Below are positions 24,801 through 39,800 of a DNA stretch of 64,000 nt, in pieces. Every line of letters begins with the position of its first letter. Within the stretch, counting starts at the first letter, position 1. The notes under the pieces are model-generated. The model had not been told where the DNA came from, did no database searches, and was given only the letters and a program-made list of their open reading frames with translations. A program made the translations under genes and the position numbers. The DNA comes from Somniosus microcephalus (taxonomy: Eukaryota), in NCBI GenBank assembly GCA_052327205.1, contig CM126232.1, positions 35,402,001 to 35,466,000 of the forward strand, in the 5' to 3' direction.

Positions 24801-27800
24801 TGCACGAGTTTGTAGGTCTGGGAAGAAGACTAGCGACAACAAAAAGGCTACTAAGGAACCGTACAAGAAAGTACAAAAGATGAGCGATAGTGAATCCGAG
24901 AACAGGAGATTAAGCTGTCTCAAACTTCACAATGTAATCGCAAAAGAGGATCACCGAACCATTTGGGTCACCCTCACGATAGCAGGGTCCCAAGTTAAAA
25001 TGGAATTGGATACAGGATCAGCGCTAACCGTCATGAATCGACGAGACTATGAGCGGCTATTTTCACACATACCCTTGAGAGAGACATCCATCGTCTTGAC
25101 GACGTATACGGGGCAAAAAGTATACCCCAGAGGAAAAATAAGGGTGCCTGTCGAATACAATGGCAAGAAAATACGGAAATTGTATCTCTACATACTGCCA
25201 AATGGTGGACCACCGTTATTGGGACGGGAATGGATCAGGAAGATAAACTTAGATTGGCATTCCATTCATGCAATGACGGTGGACGGTAAAAAAGATTTAG
25301 ACGTCACTCCTGGACGATTGTCAACAATCTTAGCTAACGCCAAAGAGGTATTTCAACAAGAACTGGGCACGCTTAAAGGCGTAACCGCCTCGTTAAAAAT
25401 AGAAGAGAATGCAGTTCCCAAGTTTTTCAAAGCGAGACCGGTACCATATGCAATTCGTCCAGCCATCGAGGCAGAGCTGGAGAATCTGGAGAAGGCGGGC
25501 GTGTTGTCTAAGGTCGACTGGAGTGAGTGGGCGACACCCATCGTTCCTGTCATGAAGAAAACGTTAAGCAATAAGTCCGGAGAGCCAAGGAAGATTCGCA
25601 TCTGTGGGGATTTCAAGGTGACGGTGAACCCTGTCCTTCACACAGTACAATATCCTCTTCCAAGGATAGAAGACATCTTCGTCTCACTGTCTGGAGGGAA
25701 GCGTTTTACAAAAATCGACCTAGCACAAGCATATTTGCAGATGGAGGTTGAAGAGTCCTCTAGGAAGTATCTCACGATAAACACTCACAAAGGTCTTTAC
25801 CAGTATCATCGATTGGTATTCGGAGTAGCATCGGCTCCGGCGATATGGCAAAGAGCGATGGAACAAGTCCTGCAAGGGATTCCGGGGACTCAGTGTTACT
25901 TGGACGACATCCTTGTAACAGGTGAAGATGACAGTGAACACCTTAACAACCTAGAACAGGTGCTCACTAGACTATGGGAACATGGGCTGCGAGCCAACCG
26001 CCCCAAGTGCGAATTTTTTAAGAAACAGATATCGTATTGTGGCCACGTGATTGATGAAGAGGGGTTACATGAGTCCCCTGACAAAATTGAAGCAGTTGTT
26101 AAGGCCCCAGCGCCTGAAAATGTGTCGCAACTGAGGTCATTCCTCGGGTTGGTGAATTACTATCATAAGTTTTTGCCGAATTTGTCGACAATTCTGCATC
26201 CACTGAACGCCCTGCTACGAACGGGGGTAGCATGGAAATGGAGCGATGATTGTAAACGTGCTTTTCAGAAGAGTAAGGACTTAATCACTTCGAAGGAAGT
26301 ATTGGCTCACTACAACCCAGCACTGCCAATCAGGCTGGCGTGTGATGCGTCTCCCTACGGCATTGGGGCGGTACTGTCACATAAATTCCTTGATGGTTTG
26401 GAGAGGCCGATAGCTTTTGCGTCACGCTCGTTAACTTCTGCCGAGCGTAACTATGCCCAGATTGACAGAGAGGCCCTCAGCCTAGTGTGGGGGGTGAAGA
26501 AGTTCAATCACTATCTGCACGGTCAAAAATTTACTCTACTAACCGATCATCAACCTCTTGTCTCCATTTTCAACCCTCAGAAGGGCGTACCGATAATGAC
26601 AGCGCAACGGCTGCAGAGGTGGTCCCTTTTCCCAGGGGCACACCAATATGACATCGAGTACAAAGGAACTAAACCGCATGGGAATGCTGATGGATTGTCA
26701 CGCCTACCGTTGCCGACGGTGGAAGAAGAAGACCTTGCAGTGGATCCAATGGAGTTATTCCACTCGACCATAGTCGAATGTCTCCCTGTGACGAATGCAA
26801 ACATAGAAAAGGAAACACGGAATGACCCAACACTATCACGGGTCTATGATTTAACGGTGAAGGGATGGCCAGCACATGGCGAACCACTGCTGCCAGCATT
26901 CTCGCCGAGAAGAGAACAGCTGTCAGTGTGCAGAGGAACCTTGATGTGTGGATCCAGAGTAGTAATTCCACCTAAGTTGACGGATAGAGTGCTCAATGAG
27001 CTTCATGAGGGTCATCTGGGTGGGGTAAAAATGAAGAACTTAGCCAGAGCGTTTGTGTGGTGGCCGGGAATCGATAGAGAAATCAAAGAGATGACCAAGA
27101 GCTGTGCTGGATGCCAGAAGGTCCAAAACGCCCCACCACAAGCTCCTCTGCATCCATGGGAGTGGCCCTCATCTCCATGGCAAAGGGTGCACATTGATTT
27201 TGCTGGTCCCTTCATGGACTTGATGTTTTTAATTGCGGTGGATGCACATTCAAAGTGGCCAGAGGTAATAAAAATGTCCTCAACCACCACGGAAAAAACT
27301 ATCGCAGTTTTACGAACCATATTCGCCAGGAATGGGCTGCCTGAACAGATTTGCTCTGACAATGGACCACAGTTTGTGTCTGAAGAGTTCCGGAGGTTCT
27401 TAAAGAACAATGGTGTTAAGCATTACACATCTGCCCCATATCATCCAGCCACTAATGGATTGGCCGAGAGGTTTGTCCAAACATTCAAGAAGGCTATCAA
27501 GGCAATGTGTAATGAAGATATACCCCTACAACACAAGGTGGACAACTTCTTGTTTGCCTACCAGAATGCGACACATGCGGTTACCAACCAAACTCCAGCC
27601 ATGATGTTCTTCAATCGAAGACTACGATGCCGCTTGGATTTGGCTAAGCCAAACGTCCGAAGAGATGTGGAGAACAGGCAGTTTCAGAATATGAATGAAA
27701 GGCCGACCAGGAGTTTTAAGATAGGTCAACCAGTTTTGGCCCGGGACTACCGCACTGAGAAATGGCAGCCAGGAACGATTTGTACACGACAAGGACCTCT

Positions 27801-30800
27801 CATGTATACCGTGGACGTTGGGGAGAGCATTGTAAGACGCCATGCTGACCAGATTCTAGAGTCACTGGAAAACGTCAACTCCACACCACGATCTGATACA
27901 CCTGGTAATGAAATCGACGTTCCAATTGCAGCTACCGCAGAACCGGTAATATTGGAAGCAGATGAAACAAACAACGACATTGATTCTGACTCAACATTGC
28001 CAGAAGAACCTGATACTCCAAAGAGGCGTTATCCAGACAGAATCAGGAAGCCTCCTCAAAGACTGAGCTTATAATTGCTTAAACTTAACCAATGTATCTA
28101 GCAACAGTAATTGTGATTGTAATTCGCTATCATTAGTTGTTAAATGAATGTTATGTACTGTTTATCTAAAAGGGGAGGAATTGTTGTGTATGTACCTTTA
28201 AGAGAATAACTGGTCTCAGACTGCAGTACTGGCAGTGACCACCCCTGTATAAAAGGCGCTAGAGAGCCTCTGTTGGTTAGTTTCGTTTATGCCTTTCACC
28301 AGTAAAGACTTGTTTGTTTCTCTCCTGCTAGTCCGTGTCTCAATCATTCACGGACTTAACAGGGGGCATAGTCTCAGGATAAGGGGTCGGCCATTTAAGA
28401 CTGAGATGAGGAGGAATTTCTTCACTCAGAGGGTTGTGAATCTTTGGAATTCTCTACCCTAGAGGGCTGTGAATGCTCAGTCTTTGAGTATATTCAAGGC
28501 TGAGATCGATAGATTGTTGGACTCTAGGGGAATCAAGGGATATGGAGATCGGGCAGGAAAGTGGAGATGAGGTCGAAGATCAGCCATGATCTTACTGAAT
28601 GGCAAAGCAGGCTCGAGGGGCCGTATGCCCTACTCCTGCACTTATTTCTTATGTTCTTAACTAAAAGATGACCAATCAAAACCCATCCCCATTCACTAAA
28701 TAACTGAGATAAAGCTACAGTCAACAATGATCAATGACCAGCTGAAGGGGTTTGATAGGGTAGACGTAGAGAAGATGTTTCCACTTGTGGGGGAGACCAG
28801 AACTAGGGGCCATCAATATAAGATAGTCACTCAGAACACTGACTGCAGCGGTTCAAGAAGGCGGCTCACCACCACCTTCTCAAGGGCAAGTAGGGATGGG
28901 CAATAAATGATGGCCTTGCCAGCGACGCCCACATCCGAGTAATGAATTTGAAAAATGTTTCCACTTGTGGAAGAGACCAGAACTAGGGGCCATCAATATA
29001 AGACAGTCACTAATAAATCCAATAGGGAATTCAGGAGAAACTTCTTTACCCAGAGAGTGGTGAGAATGTGGAACTCGCTGCCACAGGGAGTGGTCGAGGT
29101 GAATAGCACAGATGGTATTTAAGGCGAAGCTCAATTAAACACATGAAGGCGAAAGGAATAGAAGGTTATGTTGCTAGGGTGGGAGGGAGGCACCATGAAA
29201 CGGAGACAGAGACCTCCTTAGAGAGACGGAGAGGGAACAGAGGCTGAGGGAGAGAAGGTCTGTCCTCACTCCCCACTTGGCCAGAGAATGGTGGAGAGCT
29301 TGGGAAGACTTAACCAAAAAAACACAACTTACAGAAATGATTTCAATCACTTACTGTTAACTTGGTTGGTGGACAGTTTGGACAGCTCCTGTTTCATTTC
29401 TGCTCTGAACGCTGAGACTGAAAGACAGATCGAAATGACAACCGTCATCAAATAAACAGCAGCTGAACGTCAAAAACAAAAGACTTTGAGGCAACCATTT
29501 TCTTAAACTGTGACCAGCCGTATTTTTAAGGTGTTTCAGCCTTTATTTCACTGTATGTTGTAGAGAGATAGATTACACTGTACTTCTACCGATGGAATTA
29601 AATGTCTTGTGGGACTTTGGAAAGTCTCCATGGAATGTGGAAAGCTCTTCGTATTGTAACTTAATAAATTCTGAATGAATCCATTTTGTATTGCGAAAGA
29701 AAAGCTATGATTTCTAGACAACTATGTTAGGTAAACCATGGTGATTGGCTCAAATAATACATGAACTAGATTGATTCCTGGGATGAGAGGGTTGTCCTAT
29801 GAGGAGAGATTGAGTAGAATGGGCCGATACTCTCTGGAGTTTAGGAGAATGAGAGGTGATCTCATTGAAACATACAAGATTCTGAGGGGGATTGACAGGG
29901 TAGATGCTGAGAGGTTGTTTCCCCTGGCTGGAGTGTCTAGAACTAGGGGGCATAGTCTCAGGATAAGGGGTCGGCCATTTAACACGGAGATGAGGAGGAA
30001 TTTCTTCACTCAGAGGGTGGTGAATCTTTGGAATTCTCTGCCCCAGAGGGCTGTGGGGGCTCAGTCGTTGAGTATATTCAAGGCCGAGATCAATAGATTT
30101 TTGGACTCTAGCAGATTCAAGGGATATGGAGATCGGGCAGGAAAGTGGAGTTGTGGTCACCTACTCCTGCTCTTATTTCTTATGTTCTTATGTTCTTAAT
30201 AAAAGATGACCAATCAAAAACCATCCCCGTCCACTAAATAATTGAGATAAAGCTACAGTCAACAATGATCAATGACCAACTGAAGGGGTTTGATAGGGTA
30301 GACGTAGAGAAGATGTTTCCACTTGTGGGGGAGACCAGAACTAGAGGGCCATCAATATAAGATAGTCACTGAGAACACTGACTGCAGCGGTTCAAGAAGG
30401 CGGCTCACCACCACCTTCTCAGGGGCAAGTAGGGATGGGCAATAAATGCTGGCCTTGCCAGCGACGCCCACATCCCAGGAATGAATTTTTAAAATGTTTC
30501 CACTTGTGGGAGGGACCAGAACTAGAGGCCATCAATATAAGATACTCACTAATAAATCCAATTGGGAATTCAGGAGAAACTTCTTCACCCAGAGAGTGGT
30601 GAGAATGTGGAACTCGCTGCCACAGGGAGTGGTCAAGGTGAATAGCATAGATGGTATTTAAGGGGAAGATCGATAGACACATGAGGGGGAAAGGAAAAGA
30701 AGGTTATGTTGATAGGGTGAGATGAAGTAGAGTGGGAGGAGGCTCGTGTGGAGCATAAACACCGGCACGGACTAGCTGGGCTGAATAGCCTTTTTCTGTG

Positions 30801-33800
30801 CTGTACATTTGAGGAAAATTGATACAAAAACTATGTCATTTGGGTGGGATTCCTTCATTCTTCCAATCACCACCCGCCCCCCCACCCCTGCCCACAATCA
30901 CTCTCTGAAGACACTGATTACGCTGGGATAGGGTTCTTAGGGACCCAGATCAACCTTCAGTTCCTTGCACCAGTGCCTAAACATCACGTGTGAGCCAAGA
31001 CACTGAATGGCAGCAAACTGTTTGACCATGGAGGGAATCACTCCATTATCACTTAGAAACATAGAAACATAGAAAAAATAGGAGCAGGAGTCGGCCATTC
31101 GGCCCTTCGAGCCTGCTCCGCCATTCAATATGATCATGGCTGATCCTCTATCTCAATACCATATTCCCGCTCTCTCCCCAGACCCCTTGATGCCTTTTGT
31201 GTCTAGAAATCTATCTATCTCCTTCTTAAATATATTCAGTGACTTGGCCTCCACAGCCTTCTGTGGTAGAGAATTCCACAGGTTCGCCACCCTCTGAGTG
31301 AAGAGATTTCTCCTCATCTCAGTCCTAAATGTCCTACCCCGTATCCTGAGACTGTGACCCCTCGTTCTAGACCCCCCCAGCCAGGGGAAACATCCTCCCT
31401 GCATCCAGTCTGTCTAGCCCTGTCAGAATTTTATACGTTTCAATGAGATCCCCTTGCATTCTTCTAAACTCTAGTGAATACAGGCCTAGTCGACCCAATC
31501 TCTCCTCATATGACAGTCCTGCCACCCCAGGAATCAGTCTGGTGAACCTTCGCTGCACTCCCTCTATGGCAAGTATATCTTTTCTTAGGTAAGGAGACCA
31601 AAACTGCACACAGTACTCCAGGTGTGGTCTCACCAAGGCCCTGTATAACTGTAGTAAGACATCCTTGCTCCTGTACTCAAACCCTCTTGCAATGAAGGCC
31701 AACATACCATTTGCCTTCCTAACTGCTTGCTGCACCTGCATGTTTGCTTTCAGTGACTGGTGTACAAGGACGCCCAGGTCCCTTTGTACATCAACATTTT
31801 CCAATCTATCACCATTTAAATAATACTCTACCTTTCTGTTTTGCCACCGAAGTGGATAACCTCACATTTATCCACGTTATACTGCATCTGCCATGTATTT
31901 GCCCACTCACTCAACTTGTCTAAATTGCCTTGAAGCCTCTTTGCATCCTCCTCACAACTCACAATCCCACCTAGTTTTGTGTTGTCAGCAAACTTGGAAA
32001 TATTACATTTGGTTCCCTCATCCAAATCATTGATATATATTGTGAATAGCTGGGGCCCAAGCACTGATCCCTGCGGTACCCCACTAGTCACCACCTGCCA
32101 ACCCGAAAAAGACCTATTTATTCCTACTCTCTGTTTCCTGTCTGTTAATCAATTTTCAAATCCATGCCAGTATATTACCCCCAATCTCATTTGCTTTAAT
32201 TTTGCACACTAACTTCTTATGTGGGACTTTATCAAAGGCCTTCTGAAAATCCAAATACACCACATCCACTGGTTCTCCCTTATCTATTCTACCAGTTACA
32301 TCCTCAAAAAACTCCAGTAGGTTTGTCAAGCACGATTTCCCTTTCATAAATCCATGTTGACTTTGTCTAATCCTGTTGATATTTTCTAAGTGTCCTGTTA
32401 TCACATCCTTTATAATAGACTCTAGCATTTTCCCTACTACTGATGTTAGGCTAACCGGTCTGTAGTTCCCCGTTTTCTCTCTCCCTCCTTTTTTACTTGA
32501 CATCCACGTTCTCCATCAGGTGTCCCTGGATTGTAGGACCTCTGACTAATTCTACCCCACAAGAGTTGCGAATGGCACGAACCAACCAGCAAGAACCTAT
32601 TGTAGAACCCGCCCAATTTTCATTCCGCTGTTCTGGTGTGCCAGTCAGAGGCAGTTCCTGTCTAGTTAGTATGAAGAATGGGATACTTGCCTTCATTAGC
32701 CAAGGCATAGAATATAAGAGCAGGGAGGTTATGATGGAGCTGTACAAAACGCTAGTTAGGCCACAGCTGGAATACTGTGTGCAGTTCTGGTCACTACACT
32801 ATAGGAAGGATGTGATTGCATTGGAGAGGGTGCAGAGGAGATTCACCAGGATGTTACCTGGGCTGGAGCGTTTCAGCTATGAAGAGAGACTGGACAGGTT
32901 AGGGTTGTTTTCCTTAGAGCAGAGAAGGCTGAGGGGGGACCTGACTGAAGTGTACAAAATTATGAGGGGCATAGATAGGGTAGATAGAAAGGAACTTTAC
33001 CCCTTAGTAGAGGGGTCAATAACCAGGGGGCATAGTTTCAAGGTAAGGGCAGGAGGTTTAGAGGGGATTTGAGGAAAAGCTTTTTCACCCAGAGGGTGGT
33101 TGGAATCCGGAACTCACTGCCTGAAAGGGTGGTAGAGGCAGGAACCCTCACAACATTCAAGAAGCATTTAGGTGAGCACTTGAAACGCCATAGCATACAA
33201 GGCTACGGACCAAGTGCTGGAAAATGGGATTAGGAGAGACAGGGCTTGATGGCCGGCGCGGACACGATGGGCCCAAGGGCCTCCTTCTGTGCTGTATAAC
33301 TCTATGACTCTAAGTACTTACCATTTGAGAGGACAGTCATGAACAGAACCAGCATCACGAGGAAAGTGACTCCTAGAATCAGAAAGAAGACACACGCTTT
33401 TCCATACAAAATGGACCATCTCCCACATGTAAGCTCTCCTCTGCAACCTAAAAGAAAGAAAAGTCAGATGAACGGTTTATCTGTAGCTCCAGAAAGATTA
33501 GGGGGTAACTCCACAATCCACACTCCTGACAGGGAGCCCCAATCCCTGGGAGCGCGGATTGGAGAGTAGGGCTTCTAGGCCTCGCTCTGACCAGTGCTCC
33601 CAGTCAGTTCAGCTCTCCGCTGGGGAGAGGGTGTAGGAGCCCAGAATTACCCCTGCTGGGATAGAGTTTCCGCTTCGGGCGCAGTCGGGAAATTGCACCA
33701 AAATTGCCCTTGAAATTGCGCTAGTTAGGTCCATTGAAATTCATTTGCATAATCACAAACATAAAATCTTCCTTGAACCAGCGCAATCAGTTCAGTTCAG

Positions 33801-36800
33801 TTCCATTTGCAACTCCTCAGATAATGAAGCAGTCCATGCCCACATGCAGCAAGACCTGGACGACATTCAGTTTTGGGCTGATAAGTGGCAGGTAACATTC
33901 GTGTCACACAAGTGCCAGGCAATGACTATCTCCAACAAGAGAGAATCTAACCACCTTCCCATGACACTCAATGGCATTACCATCGCCGAATCCCCCACCA
34001 TCAACATCCTGGGGGTCACCATCGACCAGAAACTTAACTGGACCAGCCACATAAATACTGTGGTAACAAGAGCAGGTCAGAGGCTGGGTATTCTGCGGCG
34101 AGTGTCTCACCTCCTGACTCCCCAAAGCCTTTCCACCATCTACAATGCACAAGTCAGGAGTGTGATGGAATACTCTCCACTTGCCTGGATGAGTGCAGCT
34201 CCAACAACACTCAAGAAGCTCAACGCCACCCAGGACAAAGCAGCCCGCTTGATTGGCACCTCATCCACCACCTTAAACATTCACTCCCTCCACCACCGGC
34301 GCACCGTGGCTGCAGTGTGTACCATCTACAAGATGCACTGCAGCAACTCGCCAAGGCTTCTTCAGCAGCACCTCCCAAACCCGCGACCGCTTCCACCTAG
34401 AAGGACAAGGGCAGCAGGCGCATGGGAACACCACCACCTCCAAGTTCCCCTCCAAGTCACACACCATCCTGACTTGGAAATATATCGTCCGTTCCTTCAT
34501 CGTCACTGGGTCAAAATCCTGGAACTCTCTCCCTAACAGCACTGTGGGAGCACCTTCACCACACGGACTGCAGCGGTTCAAGAAGGCGGCTCACCACCAC
34601 CTTCTCGAGGGCAACTAGGGATGGGCAATAAATGGAATGAATGAATAAAAATTAAAAATCGGGCAGTGTCATAGAATGCAATTGTTCCTTTTATTTGCTT
34701 TCCATTAAAATGTATTCTTTGTTGTGTTTAAGAGCGGTAACCTGGTGCAGTTTTATTGATGGCGCTGAAGATGGGTTTATTACCAAAAATAAGCATTTTT
34801 CATAAGTGTACTGTCCTCCACCTGTGAGTAATCTGAGATAAAATCACTAAAAATGACTTAAAAAGAATCATTTATTGGTGTAGATTAGTCAGTTTCTTAG
34901 TAAATTAAATATTTTTTGATGTGAAAATAGTTTTAAAACGTGCCGAGTAGTGCCCGTGCGCCTGAGAAAACGTGCGCACTTTGATGATCCTACCCGAACC
35001 AGCGCAGTCGGTGGAATCTCGCAATTTCGGCCTGGGGGGGAGGGGCGTGGCTAGTTTTGTGGGCGGGGCCTGATCCAGGGATATTGAAACAAAAAGAAAA
35101 TACTGCAGATGCTGGAAATCTGAAATAAAAACAGAAAATGGCGGAGATACTCAGCAGGTCAGGCAGCGTCTGTGAAGAGAGAAACAGAGATAACCTGAAA
35201 CAGTCGATGACCTGAAACGTTAACTCTGTTTCTCTCTTCACAGATGCTGCCTGACCTGCTGAGTATCTCCATCCATTTTCTGTTTTTATTCCGGGGATAT
35301 TGAATCCTGAACCAGCGTGAAAGATCGCGGAAAACACGATGGTTTCAGCCGTAATTCACCTATGTCGTCCACTCCCCTGATCATTTTTAGCGCTAGCTCA
35401 GCCGATACCGCCAGATTGCATTGGAATCTGGCCGCAAAATTAGCGGAACCACCTCCACGCACCCCCCCCCCCCCACCAGACCACATTGTGTTCAGAGGTG
35501 ATCATGAAAGCGTTTTTGTCAAACCCGGTGTTGTTTGTTGACACGCACCACCAGGTCTCCTGAGAGGACCTAGCTGAAGGACCATAGGGCAGGATTCCAG
35601 CAAGGTTGGACGGTGCAGGCGAAAAGAACAAGGTAAATCGGGGACGTAGCGTTTAGGCCGTGCTAAGCTTGGATTTTAAAAGCTGGAAGACTGCAGGGAG
35701 AAAGGACAGACTGAGGGAGGAAGGAGTTCCGCATTGTTCAGGTTTTTGCCAAAGAACGGGTTAGAGTCGGAGGCTGGGGTAAGCCTTGATGTCAACACGG
35801 TAGGAATGCTGGTCGGAGGAAGGGTGAGGAGGACATTCCAGTTGGAGCTAGTGAGGGGGACGAGAGGGAGGTTCACAGGAGCAATGAACATGCTGGTCCT
35901 GAATATCCACGGAGGTTCTCTCGATCTCCTGCTGTAACGTTACCCCCACGAGATAATGTAAATGGCTATTTTTTTCTCCTTTGACTCCATTTCTCCGTGA
36001 CTGAACTTGTGCCAACATCCTACTGGAGAACTCCCGTGAAAATTCCAAGTGAGTAATACCTGGCTTACTATAAATGCAGCCATCCTACCCTCTAATTATT
36101 GCTCGTCTTTTGTGCAAGGACATTAGACCTTCGTTGGTGCTAGCGCCTAAGAAAACGAATGCAATTTGAAGAGCATTCCCGAACCAGCGCAATGGGCAAA
36201 ATCTCGCAATTTCAATCTGGGGGCGTGGCTAGTTTTGTGGGCGGGGCATATAGAATCTTTAACCAGCGTAAAAGATCGCAGAAAACGTGGGGGGATTGTG
36301 GAATTACCCCCCAGTGCCATGATGTCCTTTACGTCCACCTGAGAGGGCAGACCATGGGTGCAGCCATCCTACCCTCTAGGTATTGGCCATCTTGCATAGA
36401 AACATAGAAGATAGGAGCAGGAGTAGGCCATTCGGCCCCTCGAGCCTGCTCCGCCATTCAACGAGATCATGGCTGATCATCCAAATTCAGTACCCTGTCC
36501 CTGCTTTCTCCCCATATCCCTTGATCCCCTTAGCCTTAAGAAATATATCTAACTCCTTCTTGAATATATTTAATGAATTGGCCTCAACTGTCTTCTGTAG
36601 TAGAGAATTCCACAGGTTCACCACTCTCTGGGTGAAGAAATTCCTTCTTATCTCAGTCCTAAATGGCTTACCCCTTATCCTTAGACTGTGACCCCTGGTT
36701 ACATGCAGTGTCATTGTACCATTGTTGGGGTGCACCCAGTGTCATGTAATCCTTCCGTAAGTAGTGACGTAATAAAGACTCACTACGCACTTGCTTGTAC

Positions 36801-39800
36801 ATAAAGCAAGGCTTTAATCGACTTGTAACAAAACATGGAGGTCTAGTTAGTAGTCACTAGCTTCCTGTTTCCAGACTGTCTCTGGCCAAGGTGGGCCCAC
36901 GCCCGAGTATTTATACTCCTCGGGCGGCGCCCACAGCTGGCCGTTCAGTAGTACTTCTTGTAGAAGTACTCCCGGTGTCAAATTCCTCGCATTGGGTGTC
37001 GTTGCTTACCCTGTAGTCTCGTGCCTTATAGCCGGGTCATTGGGATTAATACTTGGCACCAGACCTGGATGAGGAGCTGCACCTCATCTCTCCAGTATCA
37101 CTCCATGGTTTTTCTTTTACTCAGTGGAGCACCTCCTGGGCTCTTGGGGTTGTGGAGACACATCAGGTTGGGTGGTTCTCCTTCCCCACTGACTGATGGG
37201 CGGAATCTGACTGCCCGTTTGGCCGTCAGGACCCTGACGTTCTTGAGTTTCCAAATGGTCTGCTCGTTTGCCTAACACCTTCAGGGTCTTACACTCTTGG
37301 TTAAGCAAGCATGACCTTGGGTCATTTGGAACTACGACCAGCAATCAATCACTCAACATACAAAAGGTCAATGTCTCCATGTTCTTTACATGTTCTTTAC
37401 ATGTTCTATGCAAAGTTTCCCTCAGTTTCTTGTATTTATACCTCTATGTGGTAGGTGGTAAGTCATACAACAACAACAACAATTTGTATTTATATAGCGC
37501 CTTTAATGTAGTAAAACATCCCAAGGCGCTTCACAGGATTGACACCGATCCACATAAGGAGAAATTAGGGCAGATGACCAAAAGCTTGATAAAAGAGGTA
37601 GGTTTTAAGGAGCGTCTTAAAGGAGGAGAGAGAGGTAGAGAGGTTTAGGGAGGGAATTCCAGAGCTTAGGGCCCAGGCAATAGAAGGCACGGCCGCCAAT
37701 GGTGGAGCGATTATAATCAGGGATGCTCAAGAGGGCAGAATTAGAGGAGCGCAGATATCTCGGGGGGGCGGGGTGGGGGGAGGTTGTGGGGCTTGAGGAG
37801 ATTACAGAGATAGGGAGGGGCGAGGGCCATGGAGGGATTTGAAAACAAGGACGAGAATTTTGAAATCGAGGCGCTGCTTAACCGGGAGCCAATGTAGGTC
37901 AGCGAGCACAGGGGGTGATGGGCGAACAGGACTTGGTGCGAGTTAGGACACGGGCAGCCGAGTATTGGATGACCTCAAGTTTACGTAGGGTGGAATGTGG
38001 GAGGCCGGCCAGGAGTGCGTTGGAATAGTCAAGTCTGGAGGTAACAAAGGCATGGATGAGGGTTTCAGCAGCGGATTAACTGAGGCCGGGGCAGATGAAG
38101 AACGGTATGTTTTACAGCTTTGTAGTGCGTACTATTCATCGGATTGACACGAGAAGAAGCCACAAGTACTTTGCCGCTGAGAAGGGTGCATGTTGTTCCT
38201 GCCCAGACCTCAGATGCGATTAAACCGGCACGTACTTTAGATGTACAGGAACAGATAGTGAGACACACACATGAGCTGCGCAGTATCAGATGGGAGTATA
38301 ATGCCTCTGGTTAATCAGCGTACTGCCAAGACCTCTTCGGCAGCACCTCCCAAACCCGCGACCTCTACCACCTCTAGAAGGACAAGGGCAGCAGGCGCAT
38401 GGAAACACCACCGCCTCCAAGTTCCCCTCCAAGTCACACATCAACCTGACTTGGAAATATATCGGCCGTTCCTTCATCGTCGCTGGGTCAAAATCCTGGA
38501 ACTCCCTCCCTAACAGCACTGTGGGAGCACCTTCACTGCACGGACTGCAACGGTTCAAGAAGGTGGCTCACCACCACCTTCTCAAGGGCAACTAGGGATG
38601 GGCAATAAATGCTGGGCCTTGCCAGCGACGCCCACATCCCGAGAATGAACCACAAAAAACTTGAATAGTGTATGCAGAATCCTAGAATATTAAAGAAAGG
38701 CTTGCATTTCTATAGCGCCTTTCATAACCAACAGACGTCCCAAAGCGCTTTACAGACAATGAAGTACTTTTTTTGAAGTGTAGTCACTGTTGTAATGTAG
38801 GAAACGCGGCAGCCAATTTGCGCACAGCAAGCTCCCACAAACAGCAATGTGATGAATGACAAGATAATCTGTTTTTGTTATGTTAGTTGAGGGATAAATA
38901 TTGGCCCCAGGACATCGGGGAGAACTCCCCCTGCTCTTCTTCAAAATAGTGCCGTGGGATCTTTTACATTGACCTGAGACAGCACCTCCAACAGTGCAGC
39001 ATTCCCTCAGCACTGCACTGGAGTGTCAACCTAGATTTTTGTGGTCAGGTCCCATGAGAGTGGGACTTGAACCCTCAACCTTCTGACCCATAGGCGAGAG
39101 AGCGACCCACTGAGCCACAGCAGACACATTACAGCGTAGAAACTGTGTTAAACTATCTACTCATTAGGGAAGGAAATCTGCCGCCCTTACCCGGTCTGGC
39201 CGGTATGTGACTCCAGACCCACAGCAATGTGGTTGACTCTTAACTGTCCCTCTGAAATGGCCCAGCAAGACACTGATGGGCAATAAATGCCTGCCTTGCC
39301 AGTGATGCCCACATCCCGTGGACAGATTTTAAAAAAAAAATGTTTTTAAACGGTTCAACTGTATCCATTGGTTGAGGGGTCTAGATCGAGGGGACATAGG
39401 ATTAAAATGTAAGCGATTTAGGAAAGAGAGCAGGAGAATTGTTTTTACACAGAGGGTTGCGGGGCTCTGCACCGCACTACCGGAGTTAGTGATTGGCGCA
39501 GAGACCTAGTCAGAATAGGTTAGGTACTTAGTCGAAAGAAAGGGGAATAAAGGGATAAAGGGAGCATGGGATTAGGATTATTGCTCATGTGGAAGACAAA
39601 CACCAGTAAGGGCTGGTTGGACCGAACGGCCTGTTTCTGTCCTGTAACATCTGTATAATATGTGACAATAAAGAAGTGGTATGTAACAAGGTTAGCACCT
39701 GGTGATTTAAACAGTCTGAACATGTTTGACGTTTTTGGGGGTGAATTTGAGGGGGTTGTTTTTTATTATTCGTTCCTGGGATGTGGACGTTGCTGGCAAG

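Larger units (their letters stand above)
19470..30715. repeat. Four tandem units of about 1.59 kb, each with one 63-nt stalk exon plus CR1 fragments
   Basis: Unit starts near 19470, 21042, 22633 and 29183; exon spacings 1585, 1592 and 1582 after removing the Gypsy element and TSD. Confidence 0.95.
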
